From Neoechinorhynchus agilis (Eukaryota; Animalia; Acanthocephala), in NCBI GenBank assembly GCA_051530055.1, contig CM121342.1, positions 7,758,691 to 7,822,690 of the forward strand: a DNA stretch of 64,000 nucleotides. The letters are read 5' to 3'. Below the pieces are notes generated by a model. The model was not told the DNA's origin. It ran no database searches and saw only the letters and a list, made by a program, of their open reading frames with translations. This document shows, piece by piece, positions 1-12,672 of the stretch. Positions within the stretch are counted from its first letter, which is position 1. Every line of letters starts with the position of its first letter. A program made the translations under genes and the position numbers.

Positions 1-1440
1 ATCCAAGAATACCGTAGATTGCGGAAGATAAGAACAGCGATCCAGAATAGACCATTAAAACTGTCTTCCATTTTGAGGCTACATTTCGTGTTTCTGAACC
101 GACTATTGCCGAGGGAAGTGTTGGTGAAATGAAACCCGCGATGGCCGACATTGTATTTCCGATTCCGTATATTATTGCGGAATAATTGCCTCCAATATCT
201 GACACTGCAACAAAGTAGCCTCCTGCGAATGCCATAGAACTAAATAAACGAACGATAAGTTAAAGTAAAGATGGCAAAGATTTACATGAAGAATCCACAG
301 AAGAGAAACAATACGACGGCTACGATTCTCCGTTCTGGCGGAACAAACGCAATCATCAGCATTGACAATCCGACAAGTAGAGAACCTGTTAAAAAATCAA
401 TAAGCAAATGAATAAACGTTGTTTAACTAATCTCCTGATTACAATTACAGTTTGTTCTGGGAAAGGACGCGGCCATTGATCAATTTGTCCGCGAAGTATC
501 CACAAGGATACTCCTGATTGTGCAAACAACATGGGGGAGGGCGGAATATAGGCCCATTTCCGAATAACTGTACTTGAGAGCACCTTAAGTATTGTGGAAC
601 GACCGTGTACGTGGCGTAGAGTCCGAAATCGTAAAACATCATCGTTAGGCACAATCCCCACACCTCTTTTGATTGAGCGATAGCTTTCCAGGGGATTGCA
701 TTGGACGCTGGCGTTGTATGGACCACGTTGCTTTCAATATAATTCAGTTCATGTTTGTTTATCCTTCTGCAGTTCTGCGGTGACCGCGAACCATATAGCA
801 TCCATAAAAGAAGCCAAACCAGTCCAATGAATCCTAGATTATTACTTTTTTATACATAATTATTAGCTAGAATTACTTACCAAGAAGATAAAAAAAGAGT
901 GCCCATCCACTAATGTAATATATGATCGTGTTGTTGATTTTGCAGAAAATGCCGCCCAAGTAGAGAGATACGACTGTTCCCATGGCCTTGCTTGCTCCAA
1001 CGAGGCCCATGTGGGTCGATCTTTCTTTAGGTGGAAACCAAGCGGCTGCTACACTGTACAGCGAAGGCCACGCAAGCGCTTGGCCAATTCCAGCCACAAT
1101 GCGGGATGCCACCATTGTGCCGACGCCTTTGTTGGCGGCAAAGGGACAAATCAGGGTCGAAATTGTTGACATTGTCAAAGATATGGACAGTGTTCTATGG
1201 GCATCAGTCCTGGCAACGACATAGCCGCCAACGAATTGAACGAGCGCGTATCCAATGTAGAAGGATCCCAGAATTATGCCGGTTCGGGTTTTCCAATCAT
1301 AATAACCGTTTCCCTGTTATTCAAAAGTCGAAAAATTGATAATAGAAGAAAACCGAATTTACCTTATCGTCCTTCACCATCCCAGTTATTGCTGAACTCA
1401 GTCCGTTTATTTGAGCGTAGCAGGAGAATATTGCGAAGCT
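1..1440 (-). pseudogene. SLC17-family (sialin/VGLUT-like) MFS transporter, multi-exon, frameshifted, runs off the window start
   Basis: Exons translate to IFSCYAQINGLSSAITGMV, YDWK..GIILGSFYIGY, SRIVAGIGQALAWPSLYSVAAAWFPPKERS, IPWKAIAQSKEVWG, GLYSALPHV..CGYFADKL and IYGIGNTMSAIAGFISP, all typical SLC17 segments. At least three single/double-base frameshifts (near 585, 510, 175). Confidence 0.8.
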
Positions 1441-3163
1441 AAGTAGAACTGTTATTCTTAACCGATATGAGTTAAGAAATAAAACTTAAGGAATTATTGA
1501 TTTGGTATTAATAAGCAATAAAATACGTACTCCATTTTGGCCTCGAAACTTCAATTTGATCGAGCTCCAGTTCGAGCTTTGATTCAGTGTTCTGGCTTGT
1601 CTCCCGCCGAAAGTTTAACTACAGAGAAATTGCCAAGATTGTCTGCAGTGGCTGGAACTTCATTCACCCTGAGAGATACGCAACTGGCGTCGAATCGTTT
1701 TTCAATCTGTGTACGAACACAGTCAACAAAATCCATCTATATTTGTCAATAAAAATGCCAGTAAACAAATAATCGGCCGATATTTTTGTTGGTGTCTATG
1801 AGATCGCATAAAGAAATCGTGGATTAGTATCTTCGGTTGTTATTAGCAAACATAACTATAACAATTTTCTATTCGATAATCAAAGTAAATGGATTTTTTA
1901 TAATTTTTATTCTGAGTTTTAGCCTATAATCCCCGCCAGGCCAAAGAATTTCGAAAGCATCTATCCAGGGAGGCCCAAATAGACTATACTTTCCGTTTCG
2001 TACCCCCATTCAAGTAAATTGCGATGCCAGGAATTGCTTCGAGTAGTTCATCCATGTAACGTTGAAAAACTGCCGGAATTGAGCTGATTCCAAATGGCAG
2101 TCGTTTGTATCCTAAAAATCGTCAATGGGTCGAGATTGTCAAGTATTTTTTAGAGTCCACGTTGACAGGTAGGCCTTGAATACTGCTCACCTCTCGCTAT
2201 TTGGTTGACGATCTCTTCCCATGTAGGAATGGCGTAGTTATAGATTGTTAGATGTGGATTAATTGTTACTCTAAAATCTTGATATCACCATTAGGTTTCC
2301 TTGCAATCACAATCAGCGCAGCTAAATCGATAGTCTTTACATAGATCCACTTTCTCCAGCACATCTGATTCTAATTGCCTTATCAACTCGTTTTCTACTT
2401 TGTTCTTCAATGTCAGTGGAATTCTTCGAATTGCCCATCTTCTCGGTTAGGCATTGGGTGCGATTGCTAGTGATATTTCGGTATTATTGACAGGAGTATT
2501 CGATTCATCGGAAATCGACTTATTCTTCAATAGTAGCTAATCGATTGAGGTAACGACCGAATCGATATCTGATTCTGTTTGCTGGCTATCAAGCCTGTGG
2601 CATACGACATCAGGCCAAGGAATTTCGAAAGCGTCTATCCAGGGACGCCCAAATAGACTAAACTTCCCGTTTCGTACTACCATGAATTCTAAGGGTGGCA
2701 TATTAAGAACAATTCTCCAACAACAGCAACAATTATTAGAACAGTTGCTAACGACGGATAATTGGAACACGACTGCCAGAAAGGATAATGTGCGAGCAAC
2801 CCTTTCTGTAGGAAACGGAAAGTTAGCGAAGCTACAAACAACAACTCGGGTTTCACTTTGCTGCTCAAAATGTCACCGATCGACTAATGATGAGAAACAT
2901 GTTCCTATCATGGATTGGGCCCTCGGCATGCCAACTACTCTCAAGTCTAAGTACGGGAAAAGATGTCAACGATTATGATTACCGTGAATTAATAGAATTG
3001 CTGGATACCCATTACTCACGCCCAATCCATATCGTCGCCATTTGTGGTAGCCATATAACAACAACTAGTTTGTTATTCGAAGTCTGCCTTCAAACTAGCA
3101 CACGGTGAATACAGCGCTCACCCTGAGTCGAAAAACTGGCTGAGTTTGACATTTCGTAGTTGT

Positions 3164-3235
3164 GTCGAGGTGGCGAAGTGGACTAATGCCCGTGATCCCG
3201 ATTAGGGGTCAAGTGGTTCGAACCCACTATCGCCA
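3164..3235 (+). mobile_element. tRNA-derived SINE head (internal Pol III promoter)
   Basis: A-box TGGCGAAGTGG (3171-3181), B-box GGTTCGAACCC (3215-3225) in a perfect T-arm AGTGG-TTCGAAC-CCACT, GGC/GCC D-stem; anticodon and acceptor stems are degenerate, so not a functional tRNA. Confidence 0.7.
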
Positions 3236-3251
3236 ATGACGCACAACCAAA

Positions 3252-3318
3252 GGGGACGAAATACCGCTGAAGGTTGGAAACTCACTGATGAATCCCGCCT
3301 CCCTGGGAGGTATCTGAG
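3252..3318 (+). ncRNA. Hammerhead ribozyme core, non-circularly permuted, copy 1
   Basis: GGGAC-GAAA-TACC (3253-3265) ... CTCA-CTGATGA-ATCCC (3281-3296) ... GGTA-TC-TGAG (3309-3318). Stems I, II and III all pair; one A.C mismatch at the 10.1-11.1 pair. Confidence 0.7.
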
Positions 3319-3997
3319 AATCCGGAGGAATGCACAAACTCTTAACCGTGCATTAGAGGCTTTATGCCTAAAAAATAAGCCGGACAAGAAGGGACAAACT
3401 AAAATTTAATGATGATATTCAATGCGACACACATACTTTTATTTGTATCGCATGGATCGATACTTAGCGCGCATCGGACACGTTGGTTATTTTTTAACGG
3501 CAGTTCATCTACGACATGTTTTCGCAACCTGTCGTTGCAGTGGAGGGTGGCATACGGCCACCCAATCATCCTTCGCCTGCCTTTGTTATCCCACCCGTTC
3601 CTCCGGATGATGTCGTCACGGAACCAATGGATACGGATGGAGACGAAGATAGGAAATCCAACCCTGAAGTCAGTCACCAGTTCCTTCGGGGCACACAACA
3701 TTTCTTCGGGAACATACACCAAACTCCGAATAACTCAATCTCTACTCTCTCCCGGAAACCTGTCATCAGCCTTTCGGGAATATCCAACAAAATTCACCCA
3801 ATGATTTACAATATCAGGATCTCCCGATTAAAAATGGCCATTCTCAGTCTCGCTCACAACTAATCCAACCTCGAAATCTTCTACACAACAAATATGTTAC
3901 GCCATGGCTGCGTTCTTTGAAAGATGATTATAATCGCATCAAATCCATCTCATATTATGGAGGCACCGTGAACATCTAATTCGTCTCCGATATCTTT

Positions 3998-6900
3998 ATG
4001 AAACAATATAAAGTCTTCCTAAACAGTTACAATGCGGACCCTTCTCTTAAAATTACTGACTCCAGCTATAAGTCAACTTTCATAGTCTCGGGTCTATCTC
4101 CGGATATAGAACTTGAGGACAGGAAAGCTTTCGAATGCAAATTCGGCTGTGAAGTGGTCTTTTTCCTGAAATCATTGAAAACCGGCAAACCAATCCCACG
4201 CGCAGTGGGAAAAGCTCCAGTTCACATTCGAGAGAAATTGACAACATCCTCTTGTTCCTTCATGTTGATGAAAGTAAAATTCGTAAAGAACAAAATCTCA
4301 CTCCAAGATAATTTTATATTTCCGAGATGTAACCTGTGTCAGAAATGGGGACACTGGGCACAAAAATGCCCCTTCAAGAAAACTGTTTGCGCCTTCTGTG
4401 CTGCAGATCATCATTCTTCAGCCTGCCCAAAGTCGTCGAGACAATGTGCTAATTGTGGATCAGTTGGTCATTGTGCCTTTGCTAAAACATACCCTACATT
4501 TAAGGACTATATTAACTGGGCCTCTAGGGATTCGAACAAGGCGATAGCATCCAGAATGCATACTGCTCAACAGACCAGCGCAGCTCCATATTCATTCAAT
4601 CTGAGACCTACAGTCACGCTATCTGCTCAAACGAGCAATCACATTGCCTCTTCCTATTCAGTGGATACGAAGTTAGAAGAGCTTTCAGAGAACATCATGA
4701 GTCTGGTATTAAAGAAGGATAAACTACGCAATCCAAGGGCTGGAAAAGAGACTTGCAGCACATTTTGAAGCACTTGTAAACTCTATTGACAACAGCCTCT
4801 CCGGTCTTCTTAAAGCTTCATCAATGCAGTTGGATGTTCCTACTAAAAGAGGATGTTTTCATCTCCTTCCTGACAAAACAACTTCAGTAGACTAAGATAT
4901 CTCTGTCCTCAATAACGAGAAATTTGTGAGGCAAAAATCATCGAGGAACAAAAACTGATTATTGAGAACGGGAATCACAAAATGATTGCGAAGCCTCATA
5001 AGCTTTACTCCAAACGTAAGAGCAGGGCGCGATGAGCCTCAGGTTAGTGCAGTGGAATGCAGGGGGGGTCGCTAGGTCTATCACAGCTAAAGGCCGAATA
5101 TAAAGAATGCGACATACTCCTGTTACAAGAAACAAAATCGATCTACTCGATTTCAGGTCTTCCAAATAGTATGTTTCACCTTCTTAATGACTTTATTTTT
5201 TTTATAACACCTCCATTCTCTGCCAACTCTCAGGGCCTTTTATCCATTTTTCGCCCATATTTCTTACCTAAAAGGATCTCTGAATACGCTTCCCCGATGA
5301 TGTCCTATGCGATTTTTCTTTTAATTATAAGGGTGAGGTTTTATTATTATGTAATATCTATATTAGACCCGGCAAGATTCATCTACTCGAAAGTAAGGCT
5401 TGCCTAAAAAACATTTTAAACTCAGAGATAGATTTTATCTTTGGAGATTTTAATGACTCATCCCAGAAGTGGCTCAAAGCCGTAATTAGGGCAACCGACT
5501 CCCACGACATTACCTGGATCTATGCCTTTGGCGGCGAAGTTGTTCCGTAAAGCCATTCACCACCTCTCAAAACTCCCTATTTCGTAGAATTGGACATGAC
5601 TGCATCATATGGGGTTTCGACGAAAACATTTTACTCTGTAAAAAATTCAAGCTTAGCTCCCTTAATATCTTCCTTTTTAATGCGGCTCTGAATTTCTTTT
5701 TTATCAGTAACAAAATTGCATCTATGGATGAAATCAATAATTTTTTAATTTCTGCTAGTAAAGACTTTCTTACTACGGTCAACCATGTCAAGCGCTCCTA
5801 TGTAACCCCGCGCATCCTTTCATTGTATGGTAAGAACTAAATGTGAGCGAAAACCCTAGGTAACCCTTCTGCGGTTCAAATTCTGGTCCAGAGCCCGTCA
5901 CCAATTAAACAAGGATAGAGGATTGATTAAAACACTCCTCCCAAACTCCTCTCTGTGGTGGCGAGTTGTCACTAGGAAGAGATTCATCCCTTGGCAGCAT
6001 GCGGCCGCATCATGGATAAAGACCTCGGGGACCATGGCTGTGGTGAAAACACTCTGTGAATGCCACTCCAATGGTTGTTCAGTGAGCTCCCAGGCAGTCC
6101 TCTTACCTCTTAAATCAAGAAGGTTTGATCGGTAGAGGTCGACGGATAAAACCTCTGACAATGGCTCTTCGATCTGCCTGAAAGCCACTAATGTTCTGAA
6201 TAAGGTCAATATTGGCAGAATTGCTCAAGCCATGATCTATACCTCCGCTGAGGAATGGGCGCACATAAACCTCTCGAAACGAATTTTCCTGATTAAAAAG
6301 AAGGGTAAAAAATTTACGGGTGGAGGAGACGTTCGACCGATTTCTATACAAAACTCCGAAAGGGCACTGGCTAAATCTCTTTTACAATTTGCCTTAGACA
6401 ATGATTGCATTGATAAAGAGATGCCATGGATTTTTACCTCGTAAGCCTGTGCATACGGCAATGACTGAAATTTTAGCTAATTTTAATAGAAATCAATGAA
6501 TATTCCCATTTCCTTTGACATCTCAAAAGCTTTTGATAACATTAATATTAATTTTATTAGTGAGATCCTCCGTTACTTCCAATTCCCCTATAATTTCATT
6601 GCTAGGGTGCATAATACTATGGTATCTAAAAAAATTATTTTTTCAAGATGACACATCCCAACAAGTCTACCACCAAACGAAAGGAGTGCCACAGGGATTC
6701 CCGCTATCGCCCATCCTCTTCTGCTTGGCGTCTCAATTTCTTATCCATACCATACTATGATCCTATTAGAGACAAAGGGGGCCTTTTTTGAGCTTGATAA
6801 GGATAATAGAATTTTCTATCCTGTTCATGGAGTCACCTTTATCACCAATCTTGTTTGTGGTAGCTATGTCCTTTTTATTCAAAAACTTCATGCTTAAAAA

Positions 6901-7650
6901 TGGATCTGAAATTTTCGTTTACGCGGACGATATTTCCTTTTTTTATCAGAGAGGTTTCTGAGAAATATCCGAGAGGCAATTAAAAGTTGGCTGCAGAAAA
7001 TATGAAAACTACTGGGGAAAGCTCATCTGGATATAAATCTCCAAAAATGTCTTATTATCCCTAACAACCAGACCAGAGCAACTAATCTTAGAACTTCAAC
7101 ACTTTTATCTAATTTCAGAGAGTTGCCGAAGGTTTCGAAAAATAGCAAGTTATTAGGACTCCAGGTCCCGTTATTTGGATACCCGATTTACGAGTTGGGA
7201 AGGATTCGAAATATGTTTTATAAAGCTAAACTCATATTGAAAAGGGGGAAGCGTTTAGGTATAAATGATAAAATGATGATAAATATAGTTAAAACCCTTA
7301 TTTTGGATACTTTTTTTTCATGAGAAGCAGACCGCCAGAACAACGATTAATGATGTTTTTTAAAATCTTCCCGATTGTTAAAAAGATCAAGTTCTTATCA
7401 GCGGAATCAAATAAGGCATTGAATAAAGATCTGGCGATTTTATTTTTATCCAAAATATGGTTTTATAGCTGTAAATATAAATTCGCAAAACTTGTTTTTA
7501 ATACACATAATCAAATGTGTCTGCAACTAATGAAAGGTAAGTTTGATTCAACTAATTTTAAAGAAATTTTAATCCGAGACTTTCTTAAGAAAAACCTTGA
7601 TCATTTTTTAGAATCATTTGTACTCCCCTTCACAAACGGTGAGTTACCTT
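3998..7650 (+). mobile_element. Degenerate non-LTR retrotransposon (Jockey/I-like LINE): ORF1 with three CCHC knuckles, ORF2 APE + RT broken by frameshifts and stops
   Basis: ORF1 3998-4768: CNLCQKWGHWAQKC, CAFCAADHHSSAC, CANCGSVGH. APE: ILLLQETK, GDFN (~5442). RT: RPISIQNSE, GVPQGFPLSPILF, YADD (~6920). Confidence 0.85.
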
Positions 7651-7940
7651 AACAGATCTTAGGACCATTTATAGGAAATGGAAGTATTCGAAACCAAACA
7701 CGGCTAAATGTGCTTATTCTTTGTTTTGATAATTGCCCAGAGACACAAAACTGTGCGCAATAACGACTAAATCTCAAGCAATTGTAGAAAAGGATTGTAA
7801 TGGAGATTCTTAGAAAATGAATGATTGTAAATAGTATGAGGTAACAAATAAATAAGTACAGTCAAAATTATTCTCTCGACTTTGTTGCTATGGAAATCGT
7901 TGAGATGAAACGGTCGATTTGATCAAGTTGATATTTTATA

Positions 7941-10150
7941 ATGAATAGTCGTGGTGAAGAAACTAATGGGAGAAAAGGAAAAAGATTGAACCAACGATTG
8001 CGAAAACAGCGGCGTGTCCGATTTTCGAAGCTTAGTTCCCAAAAAGTAAGCTTCTTTTTATGTTACTGAGAGTTTATAATTTCCTGAAATATTAGCAACA
8101 ATCGTTGCAAACTCAGCTAATGAAGGCAACAAAACTCACAAGGAAAAATGCACAACGCGATCGCGACTATTTAAATTTTCTCAACGTTTCAAATAAGCGA
8201 AAATACAGAGAACTCTTGTCAAGAAAAGAGTTTGCCATTGCTGATGAACTCTGTTCTGATGCCAGAGAAATTCTTCGGAAATACAACATTTTTCTGGTGA
8301 GTATTTTCATATGTGTTTATTATTTTAAGAACTTGGAGATTCAGACTTCGAGTTTCCTAGAAGCGAAGTTTTTGAGTGAACGGTGGAAGGATGTCCTGAA
8401 GGCTGAATCTGGAGCTTTGGATGATGTTTTTGATGCAGTTTCTAAAATCATTCTTGAAGACGAAGGATACGTAATGGGAGATTTAGAATTGACGAAAAAG
8501 ATTGATGAACAATTCTTAAAGTTTATGGATCAATTGGAAGATCATCAAAGGGTTGGTTACAACGTTGTTTAGAGATTTGTCAAACGGCAGATAATTATCT
8601 TATTTAACAAATTATTAGAGAAAAGGTCTATAATGGTTTTTATTTGATTCTACAGGTGTATTTTTTAATCAAAAATTCTTCAATTGTGGTGGGAATATCT
8701 AGTAAAATTGATTTAGATCATACTAGAGACTATTTATTGGGAATATCCATCATTGATGTAGATCGCTATTATAGATAATTCGTCTAGCATTGTTGGGGCA
8801 GCCGCTTCTACTTATGAAAATTGATAAATTTAGGGTTTTTTGCTAAAATATCAGCCAGAATTGCACAAGCTACTTCGAATCCATTCGAAAGCACACTGCG
8901 GACATCTTAGTAAACTTTTGTGTGAGGAATATGAATATAGGAAGATGGAGAGAAATAAAGCGCTGGCGAAGTTGTGTAATCTGATGGAAAAGGGACTCCG
9001 AATATACATTACAAACTTAGGCAACTATGAGTCTGAAGCTGACGACAATGCCATACAAAAATTGGAATCCACATTGGCAAGCATCAAAGTTTTAACAGTT
9101 GAGATTTTAAGTACGAGAGTAAAGATTGAATACTAATAAAATAGGTGGAAAATCTTGAGCTAAAAGAGCAAGAAAAGAATCTCGATATTAGGTTGGAAAA
9201 ATTAAAAAAAGAGAATTATGAAATACAAAAAAAGAGAAAGATGTTGGCAGGAAACATTTTGAATGCAATTGAAAAGGTGTATTCTACAAATAAGACACTT
9301 CCTTTGCCGTACTGGCTGGTAAGTCTTCATGAATTTGATTTTTGCTCACCGTTATCGAGCTATGGCCTTCAATGAGCTTTGTCCTAATAATATTGGCCTT
9401 TAATTTGAAATTAAAATTGAGCGCACGAGTAGCATAAGATTTCTATGTGAATTCTCAGCCAAAAATGTTAAACTGCCGACATTTTAAAACCAAAAATATC
9501 TAAAAAAGTTTAAATTAACGAATATTATTAAAAAGATTAGGATGCGCAAAATATAGGAATTAAATTCGAATTAATATGAGCTTTCATTGATTCTAAATTT
9601 AAAGCTGAAAGTCCTTAGTTTGGGATAAAAGGCAGCTCATCTCGAGTTAAGAAAGGAGTGAGCGCTTTTGAATTCGAAAAACGAATTTCAATTTAGAAAA
9701 GCCACTTAAAGAAAAGATCGGAGAATGTACAAGAGTGGAATATGCCAAGAATCGAAAAATCTAAAGATACTCATAAAAGTGTGGGGAAACGAGATACAAA
9801 CATGCACTACGGAACTGATTTAAAAAGTCAATTCGATGACATTTATACAGACACGATGAAAATTAACATTTCGAACGATGAAGATGTAAATATATTTCTT
9901 TTAACTGATTTAATAATATCTATTTTTTTAGAATTACCATATAGATCGTTTTGCTAAACTCCATGAGTCTTCTAAAGCACATTTTTTGTTGAACCTTTTA
10001 CAGAAAACAGAGGATGTAAGAATTTCTAAGGACGAATCAATTTAGATCTCTTTGCATTGTCAAATAGGCTACTGTGGAATTAATGAATGCAATGCGCCAA
10101 ATGATAGGATCGGATGATTTAACAATGAACATGAGCGTAGCAAAATAAAA
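7941..10150 (+). CDS. Unidentified multi-exon, largely helical/coiled-coil protein (3' end uncertain)
   Basis: ATG at 7941; GT-AG introns at 8046-8094 and an in-frame 33-nt GTGAGT..TTAAG near 8298-8330 link ORFs 8105, 8840, 9145 and 9742; E/K/L-rich heptad-like segments. No family recognised. Confidence 0.5.
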
Positions 10151-10582
10151 CTTTTAATCGTAATCACTGTAAGACTAAAGGGATATCGTTAGCTCATAAA
10201 CATTATACATTCCAATCATTTATGTTGTTTTAGCCATTTCTATTATTTGGACCAAACAGCCTATTCGAATTTTATCTACTTACCCGCATATATGAAAAAA
10301 AACGCACAAAGAAAATGGTTCGCTTTTAATAATCGGTTATGTTACGAAGCTTTTCCACTTTAACTGCATTTTTTTCTTGTTTTGCAACTCTAATTCTAGT
10401 TTTCATCTTTCATAGCGCTCTTCGATCTGTAAAGCGCCGTGTTCATGGGCGGAAGAGGTTGATTCCATCGAAGAATCAGGAATTACGACTTTCCAATTTT
10501 TTTTAGAAAATCCGCAAAATATTTTGATGGCGAAATCAATGCTGACTTAACAAACAGTCATGACTAAGCAACTTGTATTTTA

Positions 10583-10625
10583 GAACTGATGATGAACCCG
10601 ACGAGATTCGAAACGTCTTTAATAA
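10583..10625 (+). repeat. Solo fragment of the 297-bp array unit (hammerhead-like core)
   Basis: GAACTGATGATGAACCCGACGAGATTCGAAACGTCTTTAATAA matches the reverse complement of the array unit except GATTC-GAAA versus GGTTC-ACTGAA. Confidence 0.75.
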
Positions 10626-10939
10626 TTATACCATTCAAAGTAATGATTGGGCTCAAAAATGACTGATGGAACAAACTGAATGCTCAGATCGTTTTAATAC
10701 TGCGACAGTAACTTACAGGAATAGGGCATTAGAAATTCTTTTAGAAGAAAATTATGGAAATTTCTGACAACGCTACAATTAAAAGAAAATATGAATTCGG
10801 AAATCCAATCAAAATGCGGATTTCGCCACACCAGGATTTCGGTCAATACCTTATTAAAATTTGAATTGGTTTTTTTGTGACAACAAGAGTTTTCAATAAA
10901 AAGAGTTCGAAAAACATTCACACCACCACTCTGAATCAC

Positions 10940-11130
10940 TCAGCTGCCGTCCTGGTGTAACGGTCGAAAGGACGGATGCAGCATTCCCTCTCGTTGCACA
11001 GCCAGACTAATGTTTTGTTGGAGGAATGCTCCTGCCCTCGGATAGCCAATGATTCGTCTGAGCCTCTTGGACAACTGCTTAACCAGGTCCTGCGCCGCGG
11101 TAATAAACGATCCCAGTGTCTGGACGCCAA
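10940..11130 (-). mobile_element. CRE-like non-LTR retrotransposon, 3' RLE fragment
   Basis: A frame not in the ORF track reads GVQTLGSFITAAQDLVKQLSKRLRRIIGYPRAGAFLQQNISLAVQR, homologous to the C-terminus at 59213-59584. Confidence 0.7.
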
Positions 11131-12672
11131 AAAGAACGAAATAATGATTTCGTTCCCTGTATTTGGTCTTTTTGCGTTCCTCGGCTAATGGATCTCATTT
11201 TTAAAAAATATTACATTTTCTTGATTTTATTCCCACTAAGAAATTTTTTAGGAAGTTCACGAATCCCAACTTAACAAAAAACTTATGGTCCTAAAAGCAA
11301 AAACCGCAATATCTGTATTGAAACTTGGAAGGGTTTTTCGGAACTATTTGTGGTTATAGACTTCATAAATGTCGTGAGTCGACAACTGATACGCAGATTT
11401 CTATGTGAAGAACTCCCACACGAACACTTTCCTTAAGCCACGTAAAACGTTCATGTAAGTGAACATTTTCGCACTAAACGTTTCGTCTTTACTCATCCAT
11501 CTCGTTTTTTCCACCATACTGGATTTTAATGGACGCATTTGCATTCTCGCGTTACGCTCGTTGAATTTCGAGTAGACTCGTGGATCTGCTAGGGTATATA
11601 TTTCAGAGGAGCGTCCCGATTTCTTGAATTTGACTTTTTTAATTATCTACCAATAAAAGCAAAAATCTTTCGAAATAAACACGGGATTTTTTCGTAACGT
11701 TCCCTTTGAATTTGTTAGAATGTGAACGATCATCCTTCTAAAGTCTTAATAGTCGAATTTCCCAAATGTTTGAATTTGACAAAGATTAGAGTAATTTTTA
11801 ATAGCGAAAATTAATTCACTTTTAAAACTATATAAATTGACTTATTCGATTCATTTTAAGTCTTTGAGTTTGCTTTTCATGAAAATGCAAATATTGTAAA
11901 AGGTTAATTTTTATTATTTATCATTCGTAAGCCAATAAAGAAACGGAAAAAATTTATTTTATTTGATTTGACGAAAGCATTTAAGTTTATTTTTCATAAA
12001 GTTCAATTATTTTAAAATCCGCATTTTGCACTCTAATAATATTTTTCTCAAAAGATCTGTCGATATAAAAATCCGAAAATTCTTTTATTCAAATTGATTA
12101 AAATCTTTTAGTCTATATTTTATAAACATGTAAACAATTTAGTAAAAAAATTTGATTGTGCATTCAGAGTTGAGCAATCGTACTTTATAAAAATATTGAA
12201 ACAGATATTCCCAATAAAAAAAGAAAAATTCCTTCATACGGTTTTACTAAAGTATTTGGGTACGTTTTGCCGAACAATATAAATAATTAAGCAAAAGATA
12301 ATTTTCGATTGCTGATTCGCAGTAGAAAGATTTATTTTCCATCATATTTTACAATATACAACTCGATTAGTTTTCAAGGTATAAAGAATTGACACCGGAA
12401 TTCTAGCAAACCTAAATGAATTGGTGGATTGTCGATTGACTTCTCAGCGGCATGTTATCTTTTCCATTTCAGGGCCCTGAAAAGGGAGTAAAACTCTGAA
12501 ATATCGGTATCCAAAATAAACATTTGTTTTCAACCGCGTATAGTGCTCAAATAAGGACAATTGAAAACAAACCGTAATGTTGAATTAACGCAATAGATGA
12601 ATAATATCAAATCAATTTTTTGTTAACTAACGTCCGACGCAAGATTCTCCAGCATTTAACTGTTTCTCTTAG

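Larger units (their letters stand above)
1935..3870 (+). mobile_element. Decayed Ty3/gypsy remnant (gag fragments 2682-3108, integrase-tail-like piece 3420-3610), interrupted by the SINE-ribozyme unit
   Basis: Gag-like LQQQQQLLEQLL and YRELIELLDTHYSRP; ~80-bp direct repeat at 1937-2015 / 2612-2690. Confidence 0.45.

Noticed and set aside
3755-3790. CCCGAAAGGCTGATGACAGG on the minus strand as another hammerhead
   Set aside because: GAAA and CUGAUGA are 2 nt apart, with no room for stems and no NUH strand. Other CTGATGA hits (8242, 39628, 44146, 48042) are coding or lack stems.
10940-11130. GC-rich structured island as an snRNA/ncRNA
   Set aside because: Explained by a third-frame translation matching the CRE-like RLE C-terminus.
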